From: Camelus ferus
Taxonomy: Eukaryota
Length of the DNA: 64,000 bases
Reading direction: 5' to 3'
Assembly (NCBI RefSeq): GCF_009834535.1
Contig: NC_045698.1
Location: 1,366,001-1,430,000 of the forward strand
Below the pieces are notes generated by a model. The model saw only the letters and a program-made list of their open reading frames with translations, searched no databases and was not told the DNA's origin. Positions 49,270 through 62,939 of the stretch are shown one piece after another. The translations under genes were made by a program, and so were the position numbers. The first letter of the stretch is position 1, and every line of letters begins with the position of its first letter.

Positions 49270-50280
49270 TTACAACGGTCACACCTTCCTGGTGCAACGG
49301 AAGATGTGTAACACGTGCAATGACCCTTTTGCCACATGAGAGTGAGCTTGTGTCTCCCGTCAAGCTCTTGGACAGAAGCCCCTGTTGTCTGATATTAGCA
49401 GAGCCAGCCTGGCCTTTTTATGACTGAAGCTGGCCTGGCATTTCCCCCAATCGTTTGCTTTCAGTCTCTGTGTCCCAGTACTTACAGTGCATCCTTGCTG
49501 GACAGAACAGAGTTTTTCTTGCTTAATGTTCAGCCTGACAGTCTCTGCCTTTGATCAGTCCATTTACGCCTAGTGTGCTTGTTGGCGTGGTGGCGTCTAG
49601 GTCTGCCATTTTGCTGTATGTTGTTTATTTGTCTTACCTGCTTCTGTCCTCCTGCCCCTCTTTTCCAGTCTCCTCTAATGTTGATCAGCTATTTTTCAGT
49701 CTTGGTGGCAGCCATGAGAGTTTACCTGTCAGATCTCTAAGTGCAGAGAGTAACTTGGCTGAGCCTCCAGCCGCTGCAGCAGACGCCCATCGCGTGCTTG
49801 CAGGAGGGCCGCACCCCACAGCCAGCTCCCCATCGAAGAGCGTGGGGCCCTTCCTGCAGGACGTGGCTCTTCTCGGAGGGGCGGCTTGTGTTTGAGGACC
49901 CCCCCCCCACTGGTCTTGTCAAAGCTCTATTGGGCCCACGTCACAGTCTAAGGCTTCTGCTCGACGTCCCTCCTTCCTTCTCTGGTGCGGAAGGAAGTCT
50001 GCGTCGCGATCTGACGGCTCTCCCAGCAGCCTGCTCCCTCAGGGGCACGTTCTCCTAGGAGCCTCTCCGCAGCCAGGCCCGCCTTGCTGTTTGCTTCCTT
50101 TGAGGACTCACGCGGACGTGGCGTTTTATTTTAATTCCTTCACTGACTTTCTAGCTGCGTCTTTTGGCGGTAGTTCTCAGTTGTTGCTTCAGAGATTACA
50201 ATGCGCATCTTAAACTGAGTCCGGTCTGCTTGGAGCTAATGTTCAGTTACTTCAGGTAAAACGCGGAATCCTTACACTGA
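49270..50280 (-). mobile_element. Fragmented, GC-eroded old L1M pieces
   Basis: ccctgttgtctgatattagcagagccagcctggcc, cagcctgacagtctctgcctttgat...ccatttac, ggtctgccattttgctgtatgttgtttatttgtc and agattacaatgcgcatcttaaac are typical antisense L1M segments. Confidence 0.6.
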
Positions 50281-50479
50281 TGAAACTTGAGGTGATCCAT
50301 GAAGACAGACTCAGCGAAGAGAAAGGAAGGCAGGAAGAACTTGCAGGAAGATACTACAACACGCAGCGGCCCGAGGTGGGGAAGCCCTCGGAGCCGAGTG
50401 GGCGAGGAGGGGGGCACGCGGGGGGGGGGACCGGGGACGAGGCAAAGTGCCACAGCCAGCACGTGGCAGCACCCCGCGT

Positions 50480-50642
50480 GTGCCCCAGCCACCCGCCGTT
50501 CCACTGACTCTTCCTCGGAGCTGCCAGAGGAAGGGGTTTGTGTTGCTTCCACTTTACAGATAGGCACGCAGAGGCTGGCCCACGTGCTCAAGGTCACACA
50601 GGGAGGTTGAGGGCCGGGACTGCAGCCCGGTCCAGCCTAGCC
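50480..50642 (-). mobile_element. MIR
   Basis: tccactttacagataggcacgcagaggct...gtgctcaaggtcacacag...gccgggactgcagccc is a MIR core plus head. Confidence 0.75.
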
Positions 50643-53600
50643 GTCAGGGGGCTGTTGACGTGGTCTCGGCCTCTAGGGTGCAGGGGCCAGGCCAGGAGCA
50701 ATGAAGGAGCCCATTTTTCTTGGCAACTGTGACCAAGCCCCCCGCTTCATCTCCCTCGGCCCTGTGTATGCGGACGTTCGGTTCCTGAGTCTGGCTATTC
50801 CCTGTTGTGTTGCCTCCACTACCAGGCTCCTTAAAACCTGTGCCCTCTACGCAGTTCCGCACTCTGCCGCCCAGCACCCCCGACCTGAATTCCTGCCCCA
50901 GCCTCCGCCCTGGACTCAGAGCAGTTCACTCCCAGCCCCAGATCTGCTTTGGCCCAAAGGCAGCGAGAGCCCTGGACACCTGCCCTCGGCACCGTCAGGG
51001 AGCAGAGGCCCTAGTCCTGAGCCACGCCAGTGCCGGGGCCGAGAGGCCAAGCCGGGGCCAGAGGCAGCCCAGCCCTGCCTACAGGAGAGCATGTCTCCAC
51101 GCCAGTGGTGGGGGGCGCTGTGTCAGGAGGCCTGGGTTGGGGGTCAGCCTAGGGAAGAGGAAAGTGGGTCCTTGGTCAGCCTGTGCAATCAGAGCTGGGG
51201 CGCAGGAGGACGAGCCTCCCCGGAGCCAGGGGAGACCTGGCTGCTGCCCGAGACCCTCCCCAAGTGCCCCCTCCCCTCGCCCTCCTGCCCTCTGCCGTCC
51301 TCTGCACCGGGAGGACTTGGAAAAGTAACTGCCTGCAATTATCCAGAAGGGCAGAGAGGGGGCAGGCAAGGGCCACGCTTGCCGTTGTTCTCAGCCATTC
51401 CCTGGACCTCCTCCCAGAGCAGCCTGGGACAGAAGGAGCTCCACCCCCTCCTTCAGAGTCTCGGGCGGTGCATCCGCTCACCGCGACCGACCCGGGAGGC
51501 TCGGTCCCGCCGCCCACCTGAGCCCCGGTCTCTCTCTGTCTGCGTCACGTGCAGGCAGACAGGAGCCGGGCTGTGAGGGCTTCTCCACCTGCCTTGGCGT
51601 CCTGTGTCTTGGACACCTGCCCTTCCTCCTGCTTGTGGTTGTCTCTGGTTCATGAAGGACAGTTCCTCTGGTGAAGCTGCCCCCCCGCCGCCATCCGTGC
51701 AGAATTGTATCCAACTCCACACGTCGCACCTTCTTCAGACCTGGGCTCCGGCATCCCCAGATTATGCCCCGTAAATGCTGGCTGTGAACTGGATTCTCAG
51801 TGCACATAAACCTTGTAAGTGCTGCTTTAAATTTAGTATCTGCCGTTATTAGAAAGAATCATGGGAATGGCGGAGGCGTGCTGAAACGCCCCCTGCGATA
51901 GCCACCGCTTGCTGCGTCTCTCCTGAGACACCCTCGAGGGTCTGCCTTCGGAAGAGGCATCCCACCACCGTCACTCGCCCCCGGGCCCCGTCGGCCGCCA
52001 TCACCACCTCACTGTCTTTACTGGAACGATGGTGGTGTACGTCTTGGCTAAAATCCAGGCCGCCTGTCCAGAGACAGCGCCTAAACTAGAGCCAGGCTCT
52101 CACTCCTGAGACGCAGCCACTGGGAACCATGGGACAGAGAGATGCTGGAGGCTCGCTCCTATTTGAAGGCTCAGAGAGGTTGCAATTACAGCTTCCTGCA
52201 GAGATGAAAACACCCCTTAAGTCGCTAACGAGCTCAACGAGGCACAGCTCTGGGCTTTGAGTCAGTGAGTCGCTCAGCTCCGCATTCAGGTCCCTGTCCT
52301 CTTCCTGCGTCCCTTGTCATCACCCTCCCGGTTCAGCACTGTCACACCCCATTAAAGCAGGCGCACACGCGTGCACACACACACACGCTCACGTGCACGC
52401 AGCCGCCCCTGTGTTCCTCACGTGCACAGCCTGCTCCCCTTCCTGGCTTTTCTAAGGACAACCTGCCCCCTCCGCGTCTGCGGTGGCTGGGTCGTATCCG
52501 TGGGATGTGTTCCTGAGTCTGTCCCCGTCCACCAGGCGGGGGCCCAGCCCCCGCAAGCCCTGCCCGCGCCCCGTGTCTCCAGCGCAAAGTGTTGCTCGTC
52601 CCCCGAGGCTTCTCAGAACAAGTTCAGTGAACAGATGGAACGCGACCCTCAAATAGGGCCTCTTCCTCGGCCGCGGGGGAGGCGGGAAGCTTCCTGGACG
52701 GCGCCTCCGTGCGGAAGGCGCGGGGCACCACGGCCAAGTGCTGACGGCCAGCCGGGAAAACGGCCACTCGGGGCGTTGGGACCTGGTGCAACTGCGGAAC
52801 TGACGGGGAGTTTAAGAGGGCACACGGGGCACTTGGAGTCTCCATTTCTTAATGTTCTAGTTTCTCCCTCCTTGGAAAAAAAAAAAAAGTCCACGCCAAC
52901 AGGGCCTGAAGCAGAGCAGCGTCACCTTGGCGAGAGCCCCCACCCCTCCTCGGCTGCCTCCGGTCCGCCCGCCGTACTCTGGAAGCCACGATGTTCAGTA
53001 ATTCAGGAGGAGCGAGAACCGGCACATCTTACGGCATACTTGATGTGCCAGCAGACAGGCTGCAGGCTGTTTCATTTCAATTAGCCTCTTAGTTGCCACA
53101 AAAAGCCCGACAAACACCCTGCGCCGGGCCGGCCGCCCGCCGCCCAGCCGGCCCCGGCCTCTCTGCTCCCGCTCCTCCTCGGAGCATCTGCCATTGTTCC
53201 CGCGGCTGCACCGCCTCACCTGCGATCAAGTGACTTGGCCGGCCCAGAGGTAGGGCCTGGATCCGTGTCCAGCCTCCTCTGATCTCCCAGGCTAATTGGC
53301 TCAGGTGTAAACCAAGCCAGCAGGGCTGCGACTTTGAAGTGTCTGTGCTGTGCGAGCCCTGGACCGTCCCCGTCCGTGTGTCAGAAACCAGCGGCCGGGC
53401 CTGCCGCTCAGGCCGCTCACAAAAACCCAAGTAATCACGCTGTACTGCAAGGCTCAGTCCACGCTGCCTCCGACTGCAAGCTGGTCATTAATTTTGCAGG
53501 CTGGACCTGAGCGCGATCTGACCCGGGTTAACAAGAGGGGGCAGAGTATGCAAGGGGCACCGGGGAGGAGGGGGGTAGGGGGACACCAGCTGGTCCTTCT

Positions 53601-54264
53601 TTGCCCGCCGAGCCCCCACACTTTGATCAATAATGCCATTTCACTTTAAAGGGGGCTCATTTTGTCTGGGTGCAGGGACGGCCCCCGCCGTGCGTCTGGG
53701 GCCTGCTCGCCCACATGTGCAATTACGGAAAGGTCAGGGGACACTTGTGGCTTGGCAGATGTCACTTTTCCTTGGCTCCTTCGAAGGGCGTGTCCACCTC
53801 GGGACACAGGGACCTGGTGTTGGCCGCATTCTGGGGATCAGCGACCACTTTAAACGGAACAAAAGCACACGAAGCCACTCTGATTTTGCCTGGATTCTCT
53901 CCGCTTTTAATGCCCAAACCTACTGCATGAAAACGACGTGGGGGGGTGGCACCCTGTCCAAAGGCGTCTGGCCACCGGAGAGTCCCCGAATCCCGCTGGC
54001 CTTCTGGAAGCTTGTGATGACCTTCTCCCTTCCCCGTCACGCTTCAGGCTCTGCTCTGTGTCTGGGAGACGCCGAACTCCCTACACTCAGCTCCAACCAA
54101 ACACGCAGCTCCTTCCAAAATCTCTTTTTGAGACACAGTCCTGAGAAATAGACGTTGATATAACGGAGCGGTGTGCTGGGGGCTGGGCGTGGGCTCTGGT
54201 GTGACTTGAAGGATGAAACACGGGACTTCTGTGAACTTCTGCACAGGTGGCTGCCCAGCCAGGC

Positions 54265-54651
54265 CTGGTCAGTGCTCAGGGCCCCTGCTGCCCGGGGCCT
54301 CAGAGGGGGCCCCCCAGACTGGGCCACGGCACCGGACAGAGTGCCTCTCCCAGTCCTGGGGCCCAGGAGCCTGAGAGCAAGGTGCCTGAAGGCTGCTTCC
54401 TCCCGAAGCCTCCGTCCTGGGCTTGTGGGCCCCGCCTTCCCCGCGTCCTCGGGTTGTCCCTCTGTGTGTCTGCATCTGGATCTCTGTAAGGACACCAGCC
54501 CTCTTGGATCAGGGCCACCCTCATGGCCGCGTTTGACCTTGACCACTTAGTCACGTCTTTAAATACTCCATCTCCAAATAGAGTCACGTTCTGAGGGACT
54601 GGAGGTTAAGGGGTCAACATGCATTTCGGGAACACAGTTCAGCCTAGGGCA
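54265..54651 (-). mobile_element. MLT1 (MaLR) solo LTR
   Basis: taaggacaccagcc...ggatcagggccaccctcatg...ctccaaatagagtcacgttctgagggactggaggttaagg...tcaacat...gggaacacagttcagcc; antisense homolog of 62940-63380. Confidence 0.85.
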
Positions 54652-56149
54652 GTGGGGCAGCTGGAGAGGCCTGCCCTGGACACAGAACACTGAGTTCTGA
54701 CATAGCCACAGGCCTGGTCCCCGTCAGGCCAATGGCTACAAAAGTGGCCGAAGGAGGAGACCTGAGGCCTGGCGTCAGGGGGCCTAGGGCTGCACGTCTG
54801 CCCAGTGCAGATAGGCCCCTGGTGCCTCTGGAGCAAAGGGGTGCGTCTGAGTCCTGGGCCATCTCCCTCCGCCAGGCCACCCTCCGGACACCTGCCCAAC
54901 TCCTGGTGGAAAGGCTATTCAAAATGCAACCCGCAGCACATCAGTGGGTCAAGTTTTCCACTGCTGTGGGGTCACAGCTTCATGAGTAGCCAGGGCCACG
55001 TCCTCTGCGGGGACCAGGGCATCCTGGGCGGGAGGCCCCTGGCACTGTGACGTCACCTCTTCTGCCCTGAGCCCGTGTGGGAGCTGCGGATGTTGGCACC
55101 GACGGCAGAAGAGGACCCCCGGGGGGAGAGGAAGCCAGGCACAGTACACCAGTCCCCCCAGAAGTCTCCCTGAGGTACACGTGGCCGCGACCCTCAGAGA
55201 GGGTCAGAGAGTGTTTTCGGGGAGGGGGCAGGATGATGCCCCTCTTCTGTTGCCGTGGGCTGGTCCCCCCAGCTCTGCAGGGAGTAAGGCACGGGGTGAC
55301 ACTCCTCCCCTGGTGATTAATGTCAAGTCTAAAACTTATTTCCTCTTCAGTTGTGGTGGTGGGACAGGGCCCCCCGGTTCTCAGTCCATCTTTCCTTCAC
55401 AGTCCCGTCCCCAAGAAGAAGCCGTCCTCTATGCGTTTACAAGAAAGCACAGGCCCCTCCTGCGTGCCTGCCTCCCCGCGTCCTCTCGTGATGGAACCGG
55501 ATGGATGGGGCAGGGGAGCCGGCGGGGAAGGGGGCCGCCAGCAAGTGTCAGGCAGAGGTTAGAACGGCCTCTGGAGACACAGACAGTGACACAGCGTGGG
55601 GGGGCTCCCGGGGGCCAGGGCGCCCCAGCAAAGACGAGGGAGCCCTCGGCTGACCGTCTCCCGATGAGCAGGGATCAAGGCGCGCAGAGACGCGAGAAGC
55701 GGACACAGGGGGAAACGTGTCTCACTTTGCGCCACACTCGCTTCCCTTTGGTGCTGGGAGACATAACCACCATCCCCGGGGAGGGCGGACATCCAACCCT
55801 CATTCAGGCCTCAGCAGAGCCTGGTGGAGAGGTAGCCCCGGGGTGGCTGTGAGGAAACAGCCCACACGCACACTCGCCAGGCCTCTGCGATTCCGGCGCA
55901 GGGCCGGCGGGCCTTCCAGTCGCGTGAACGGGTCAGACGCGGAGAAGCAGGCAGATGTAGGTCGGACCCTCCCGCGATCATCAGCGCGTTGGCGAGCGTG
56001 GCCTCCTTGTTGAATCTGGGGATTGTTTCAGGATAGCGGGAGGATGCATCCTCGGTTTCCACGCTGCTCCCAAGGCAGCAGCCGTGGGAACAGGGCAGCT
56101 AAGTCTGCCCACATCGCTGACACTACCGTCACTTTCCTAAGTTCACGTG

Positions 56150-56540
56150 ATGGACCAAGCAGTCGGGCCGGCCCTGGTTTGCGGCGTTTGCCGATTTTGG
56201 CGGCATGAGTGCCCCCACCATGCAGATGTCAACCCGCCGCACCACGTCACTGAGGGCAGAATTAGATGCCGGCAGACGCCACGATGAATAGATGTACTTC
56301 TATCTGCAGACCAGAGACACAAACAACTCAAAGGCCTGGCTCATAGCAACACGGTATGCAATGATTAGGGAAGGCTGAGCTCTGAGTGTTTATCATCAAT
56401 ATTTAGGATATAATTTACTTGCTTCTACACTGAAATCATTTAATCATTAATAATGACTCTTAACCAACTTACCAGATTTCCAGAAATTTGCCCTTGGCGC
56501 CTGTGGGGTCGTGTGTGCCAGGTGGACAGACTGCACACCT
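56150..56540. mobile_element. hAT DNA transposon remnant, MER63-like (short form)
   Basis: gccctggtttgcggcgtttgccgatttt...cccaccatg...acgtcactga, then tgagtgtttatcat...tataattta...taataatg...cagaaattt; colinear with my recalled MER63B consensus and with 12500-12830. Confidence 0.7.
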
Positions 56541-56624
56541 GGAATCGGCCCCTGGGCCCCTCTGACCCCGCGACGCCTGGGCGTCACTCCCCTGCCCCCA
56601 GCCCACTGTGTCTCACGATGCTTT

Positions 56625-56720
56625 GGTCTGTGAGTGCAAGATCAGTCTTCGACTCCCTGTCCGAAGCACCCAGCAAGGGTCTGGCCCTGGTCGGGCTGCA
56701 GAGTAAGTGAATGGATGGAC
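56625..56720 (+). mobile_element. Decayed L2 3' end
   Basis: gcacccagcaagggtctggccc...gagtaagtgaatggatgga. Confidence 0.45.
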
Positions 56721-59700
56721 ATCGCCCAGGGTGACACATTCAGGTGACATGTGTCTCAGTTTGGGGAGCAGTGCTGGTCAGTCTGCAGGTAGAGAAGTCA
56801 CTGAGAAGAAGACAAATGCCCAGGGGAGCCTGTGGTCCGGGTGAAGGGGGTCAGAGTTCCAAGAGGCAGAGACCCCGGGCTCCCACGGGGAAGGCTCGCC
56901 TGGCCACACTGCTCTGTGGTCCTTACTGGAAACTGCTGTCCAATGCTTGTTCCCAGAAGAGAAGCATTTCCTAGAATTTGGTACAAGTCAAAGAAGTGAC
57001 CGCATCTCCCAACACGGGGCACTGAGAGTTCCAGGAATCAGTGTCTGCGTGGCGAGTACTGACGGTCACAACACAGAGAGCTCGCTCAGGACAGGGAGGA
57101 GCAAAAGTGAAACGGAGCCTTTGCATTCCTAAGAGAGGACCAATCCATTTTGACTTTAAAATGACTGGTTCTCAGCCCCGCGGGGATGCAGCAGGCGATG
57201 CAACCATGTGATGGGAAACTGGAAACAATGCCTTCCAGCGAAACGCCTCACCCCATTGGCGGTCAGGGGAGCAGACCAGGTGCTCAGGGTCGGCCAGCAG
57301 GAGAGCACAGCCCTTGGGCCACGGCTCCCGCCTGCTGTGGGGCAGGGCGGCCAGGGCCCCTGCCGGGCGGGGGGAGGCCCCGCACGCGGGCGGCAGCCTC
57401 TTCCCTCGGTGTCTGCCCGGCGCAGCAGGGGCAGAGGACCCGCGTTCCCCCCGAGGTCCCAGCCAGGCTAGCGCCCCTGCAGGGGCCCCACGTAGAGGGG
57501 CTGCTGCAGTGGAAAGAAGTGAGATGCTGCTGGACTTAGAGGCACATTTAAATACTCAGGACCCGCTCACCTGCTACAGACGTTCCATGTCTGAAGTTAC
57601 AACCTTACCAGGAAACGGCACATATGACATCACGTATGCTTCATACTTAGAGCCAAACAGTTTACCTTTAAAAGTCTACGGGCACCTGTGGTAAGTGCCC
57701 GACTTACTCTGCGGAAAGCGTACTTCCCGCTGGATTATTTCCGGGAGTCAGGCATGAGGCCACCGCCGGGGAGCCGTCTCCACGATCCGCACCACGAGAT
57801 GCGGCGGCTGAAGTGCTCATGGTCTAGCTTAACTGTATGGTTTTCGTCCGCTGCCCCATCAAAACCCACACAGACCGTGAAGCAGAGAAGTGGTTGTTCA
57901 CTTGGATATTAAGAAACATTTCTTGTCCTTCCTCAAGTAACGCATTTTAAGTGCAGTTAAGGTTTTTATGACCACCGAGACCGACGCATTTCCCCCCAAC
58001 TTACATCAAGACCTCTTGCTTGGTCATCTGAATACAGGACTCATTTAAATTCCCGAAGCCACGTCCTGAGCCTGCAGACTTTCCAGAGGTGCTTGGAAGA
58101 AACTTATGCACTCTTGACATTTCCAGGGAAACTCTGGACCACGGTCTCTGCAAAGTGGTTTACCTGTCTGGCCCTTGGTTTTCAGTTATTACTGCGGGAG
58201 GGAGCAGGCGAGAGAAGACCCACTGTCACCGTCCACCCTCACCCCAAGCGCGGCTCACCCGTGAACCACAGCTAAGTGACCGGCCGCACCGCGAGGACGG
58301 CTTTGGAGGGAAAAGCAGCAGCAGCTGGAGTTCCCGGTCACCGTGCCTGGACCCACGCGGTGGTGCAGGGTTCAGACAAGGACGTGGGCGCACACAGGCT
58401 TCTCTAAATTAAAGGAAATGTGTTTCACATTGAAAATAAGCTCTAGAAAGCGTATGGCGCCCGCGAGGTGTCCTCAGATAACTGCCGAAGTCCGGCAGTG
58501 GCGTGCTCTTCTGGGCTTTCTGCATGTCTTACGTCCATCACCTTGGGGACCCGAGCTGTGCATCGGGGGCCGGAAGCTGCAGCAGAGTCCCTGGGAGCCG
58601 CCGGCTGGCCCTGCCACGGTTCCGACCCTTGTTCCGCAAGTCCATCGGACCGGGCGTGAAGCGGGGTCTCTCCGAGGTCAGTGAGGTTTGAAAGAGAGAT
58701 GCAGGCGTGTCCCAGAGCAGCAGTGGTCCTCAGCCTCCTGGATGCACGGAGGGGCAGCCGGCCCAGGGTCGGCCCGTGAGGAGGTCCAGCCTCCCTCGTC
58801 CGCCCTCCCACCTGTGTCTGTGAGGGGCGTGGACACGGGGCCGGTGAAGTCAGTGAGAACGGGCACTGAACAGGCCACTTACCCTGAGCGCAGAGCCGCC
58901 AGGGCCACCTGCCCACCTCACGGATGGGGAAACTGAGGCAGGGATCACGGTCAGACTGCAGAATCCCATGCTTATTTGAGAGCCTTCAGCCCCCTTCCTG
59001 CCTCTACACCGTCTGAGGATGCGGCCCTGTGGACACACCTGCTCCGGGAACAGTGCCCGCGCTCTCCCGGGACAAAGCACGGAAGCCACAGAACGTGCAG
59101 GGCTCTGTGCTTGGGCTCATTTGTGTGCTTGTGTTGAAGTCCGAGCCTTACCTTGATAGGCTGCAAGTGAACTGAAGGCAAGGGCGGTTTTATCCAGCAC
59201 CTTCCACAAGGAGGAGGCTTGTTAAACACACAAAGAGAGGCCGCTTTAGAGGCACCTGCACACAAAGCCCACGACTAAGGAGCTGGGCTTTGAAGAGCAT
59301 GACACTCACTCAGGTGCCAAGTGACCTTCCGTCTTCTGTGCTGCAGAAGGGCTGTCTGCAGGGGGCCCATGGGGGCCACCTCTCCACAGACCGCCGGGTT
59401 GTCATTGTCACACCGCACAGCGCTCACCTGGCTTGGCCACTCCTGAGGATGCCATTCTAATGAGCCTCCCTGTGTGATTTGGCAAGGATTTATTCTTTGA
59501 GAAGCTTAGGGTTCGTTACAGACATTATCCTGCAAATTCTCCAAGCGCCCAAAGAAGTGTTTTAATGTATTTATTCCTTTCTTCCAAGTCCTGGCCCCAG
59601 AGAAGGGCTTTGCTGAGAAGAGAGGTTATCTTTGCAGACTGCTACACAGTTATGTTCCCAGTTAATTCAATCCAAATAACCAACATGCATGATTGATGCC

Positions 59701-60494
59701 TGAAACATGATTTTTCTCGGTATGACTTTTCATCCTGAACTTTTAAGAATTGCTCACACTCTCCATTGCGTTGTCGAATGTGTAGACCACACACCAGTCA
59801 CTCCGGATCTAATGCCACTGCTTTGTTTCTTGTAAGCAGTTTGAATATTGCTGTCCTTTATGTGGAGTTAATTCAGTAGCATTTTGGAAACATGCTTCCT
59901 GTCTGTCTTCCCTTGGCCTCTTCCTCCTGCTTCCTCGTCCTCCTTTCCTCTTGCGCCATCTTTTCTAGCACTGCGCTCCCCGCCCCGATGTTCTGTCCTT
60001 CAAGCTGGTCCTGATTGTCATCACTGAGGGCAAGAACCATCCTCAGTGGGAACCATGATCAACAGAAAAGGAGGTGGTTGCGACTCCAAACCCACTTCCA
60101 CAATCCGTGTGACCTCAGAGCTGCCGTTAACAGATAAGAGCACTCTGTGTGTCGGGAGCAATTCTAAGCTCCCTACGTGGACTGACGCACTGAACCCCAC
60201 ACTGCCTGCCGAGGCGGGCACGATCACTAGCCCCGCTTTCTGGAGGAAGCCAGGACAGAGCGACCAGCAACCCCACGGAGAGCGCCCAGAAGCGGAAGAC
60301 CAGGAGTTACAACCAAAGTGAGCCAAGGCTTCTCTGAGGACTTCTGCCAGCTCTGGGAACCGGAAGGCGTGAGTTTCGTTGTTTCTGTTGTCCTGGGTGA
60401 CCACGGTCTGGTTTGAGAAACGGAGGGGAGTTAGGTAAGACTCCAGGTCGAGCTGAGACGGTTGAAGAACACACGTCTGTGGAAGGCAGGGGCA

Positions 60495-60810
60495 TCAGAG
60501 ATCACGCTTGGCTGCGTGTAACGAGGACCGAGCTACCGCCGCTTAAACAGGTGAAGGCTTGCTTGTCTCTTGTAACACTCATCTAGAGGTCATCAGCCCA
60601 GGGCTGTGAGGGGTCTAGAATGTTCCACGAGCACCTGAACATCATCTCTCTCCACATTCTTGCAAGATGGCCTGATGATAAGTCTGTCCTTTTTGGTCAA
60701 GGACAGGGCAGTGTCCGAGAATGTCCGTTAGGTAGAAGCCTGCTCATGTCTCGTTGGCCATCAACCATCCTCCCTGCAAAGGAGCCTGCGAATGCCGTCC
60801 TTTAGTTAGA
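60495..60810 (-). mobile_element. Old MLT1-type (MLT1J/K-like) LTR remnant
   Basis: ttggctgcgtgtaac...gcttaaacag...tctagaggt...ccagggctg...caagatggc...tctcgttggcca...ctgcaaaggagcctg. Confidence 0.55.
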
Positions 60811-61099
60811 TGTAGAAATATGCCTAGAATAAAATTCTTTAAGTTGAAAATAAGAGAAAATAAATATTAGATAGGCAAATAGTGGTGTCTGCCTGAGGGA
60901 GGGGAGGGTGAGAAAAAAATAAAATCTGCTTGTTTTCAAATGGAGTCATAGCTCTAGGAGGGGAAACAGTGTACATTAGAACATGTATTCACATTTTGCC
61001 CTCGTATAGGCAAATTGGATTATCTGTAATGTGTAAAAACTTCAAGCCAGTAAACTAAGTTAAAGAGATACTAGGCTGGTATTGACTCAAGACAAATTA

Positions 61100-62935
61100 T
61101 AGAAGCACATGAAAAACTCTAGAAGAAATACCACCACCCAAACCCTCCAGAATTCCCTGCATTGAGATGTCCCAGCGTCAGGTGACAACTTAGAAGTGCA
61201 GGAAACCCACAGAACAAAATCAGCATGAACACAAAGGGGCGGGAAATGCTAAAAGACTTCAGATGTTTGAATATTCATAGACGTATAATATAAACAGGCA
61301 TGTTTAAAAATCTTTAAAGAAAGAATTATTTGAAAAGAAGAACAGAGACAATAGAAAATGTCATATTTGTAACAGTACGAAAAAGAACTAGTAGAACTAA
61401 AAAAATGCTCTCAAAAAAACAAAACAAAACCCTAAATATCAGTGACTGTGCACAGAATTAGAGACACCTGAAAGGTAGCTAGTTAACTGGGAGAAAGTTC
61501 TAAGGAAATTGTCTGGAATGCAGCCAAGACAGAAGGTGATAGAAACCATAAAGGAAAGTATTTAATAAAAAAAGAAAATTAAGTAAGCAGATCTAATAGC
61601 TCTAATCAGACCCCCAGGCGGTGCAAAGACAGGAAACAGGAGAAAACAATATTTGAAAAACTAACAGAGTATCTTCCAGGATTGACAAAACATCTACCGA
61701 CAGATTTTGTTTCCCAACAACCCCGAACAGGATAAACAAAGAAAAACTTCTGACCCTAGACTTCTAGTAAAACTGCAGAAGCTTGGAGACAAATGTCAGG
61801 TTTCTAAAAACAGCCAAGGGCAACAGATGGTTTACCTACGATGCTGTCAACCCAGAGTTGTGGGTTTCTGAAGGAAGACCTCATTCAAGAGTAAAGCCAC
61901 TGTGCACTGTGCTGCACGCCGGAGGCTGACAACAGCAAAAGACTGAAGGCTCTGAGTGCAACATCAAAGATGCAAAATCTGATGCACAGGTAAGATGAGA
62001 TCATCACGAAAAATAAAAACCGTAGGCCAATCGCACTGTTGAACACACAACATACCAAACAAAATCAACAAACTGAATCCAGTAAAGAATTAACTTAAAA
62101 AGTAATGGTAGTACCTTTTGAACAAGCTGAGCTTATCCCAGAAATGCAAGGGGGTTTAATATTAGGAAATGTATTAAAGAAATTTGCCATATAAACCAAT
62201 TAAATGAAAAAAAGAAGCCTGTATCTGTGACAATAGCTGCATAAAAAGCATCTGATACGATTTACCAATTCATGATTTCTTCTAAAAAAAATCTTTTCAA
62301 TTATGAACAGAAGAAAACCCTCTTAACCTGAAGGCATATCTGCTAGAAAGCTTACAACAAATGTCGCGGAGGAGGAACAAGACAAAAACACTTACTAGTA
62401 AGCTTTTATTTCTGTATTTCACTTAAAGCCCTCGCCATTGCGATAATGCAGGGAGAGTGTTCACCTGTCACGGAAGAGGTTGCAATATTCTTTTCTCAGA
62501 CAATACAACCTTTCTATATAGAAAATCCAGGGAAATCCACAGACTACTAGCTCAATATAGAAATTAGTGTATTTTCTACATATAAACTCAACATATGAAA
62601 ATTAATCTTAATAAACCAGAAAAATAAATACATGATTTAAAAAATACGCCAGTCACAATAATGTATAAAAGATTCTACATACAATTTTTTGAAGAAAATG
62701 ACACAATTTTATTATAGGTAAACTTACTTATTAAAGAAAGTCTAAACAAACAGAAAGATATATTTATAGATGTAAAGATCTGTTTTTTCTAAACTGATCT
62801 ACACATTTAATGCAATGCCAACAAAAAAATCTTAATGGGTTTTTCAATGTGCTTGAAAGGGGTTCAAGGTGCTTTTTCTGTAGGGGAAAAAAAAGATAAG
62901 ATTGTCCTATTATCTACCAAAACGTACTATAAAAC
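61100..62935 (+). mobile_element. Old L1M: ORF1-like region joined to decayed RT region of ORF2
   Basis: A-rich sense L1. Translates to NRRPIALLN at 62018 (cf. NYRPISLMN) and QAELIPEMQG at 62123 (cf. QVGFIPGMQG); many stops and frameshifts. Confidence 0.8.
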
Positions 62936-62939
62936 CACG

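Noticed and set aside
50701..51576. 291-aa ORF
   Set aside because: Low-complexity GC-driven composition with no recognisable homology or exon structure.
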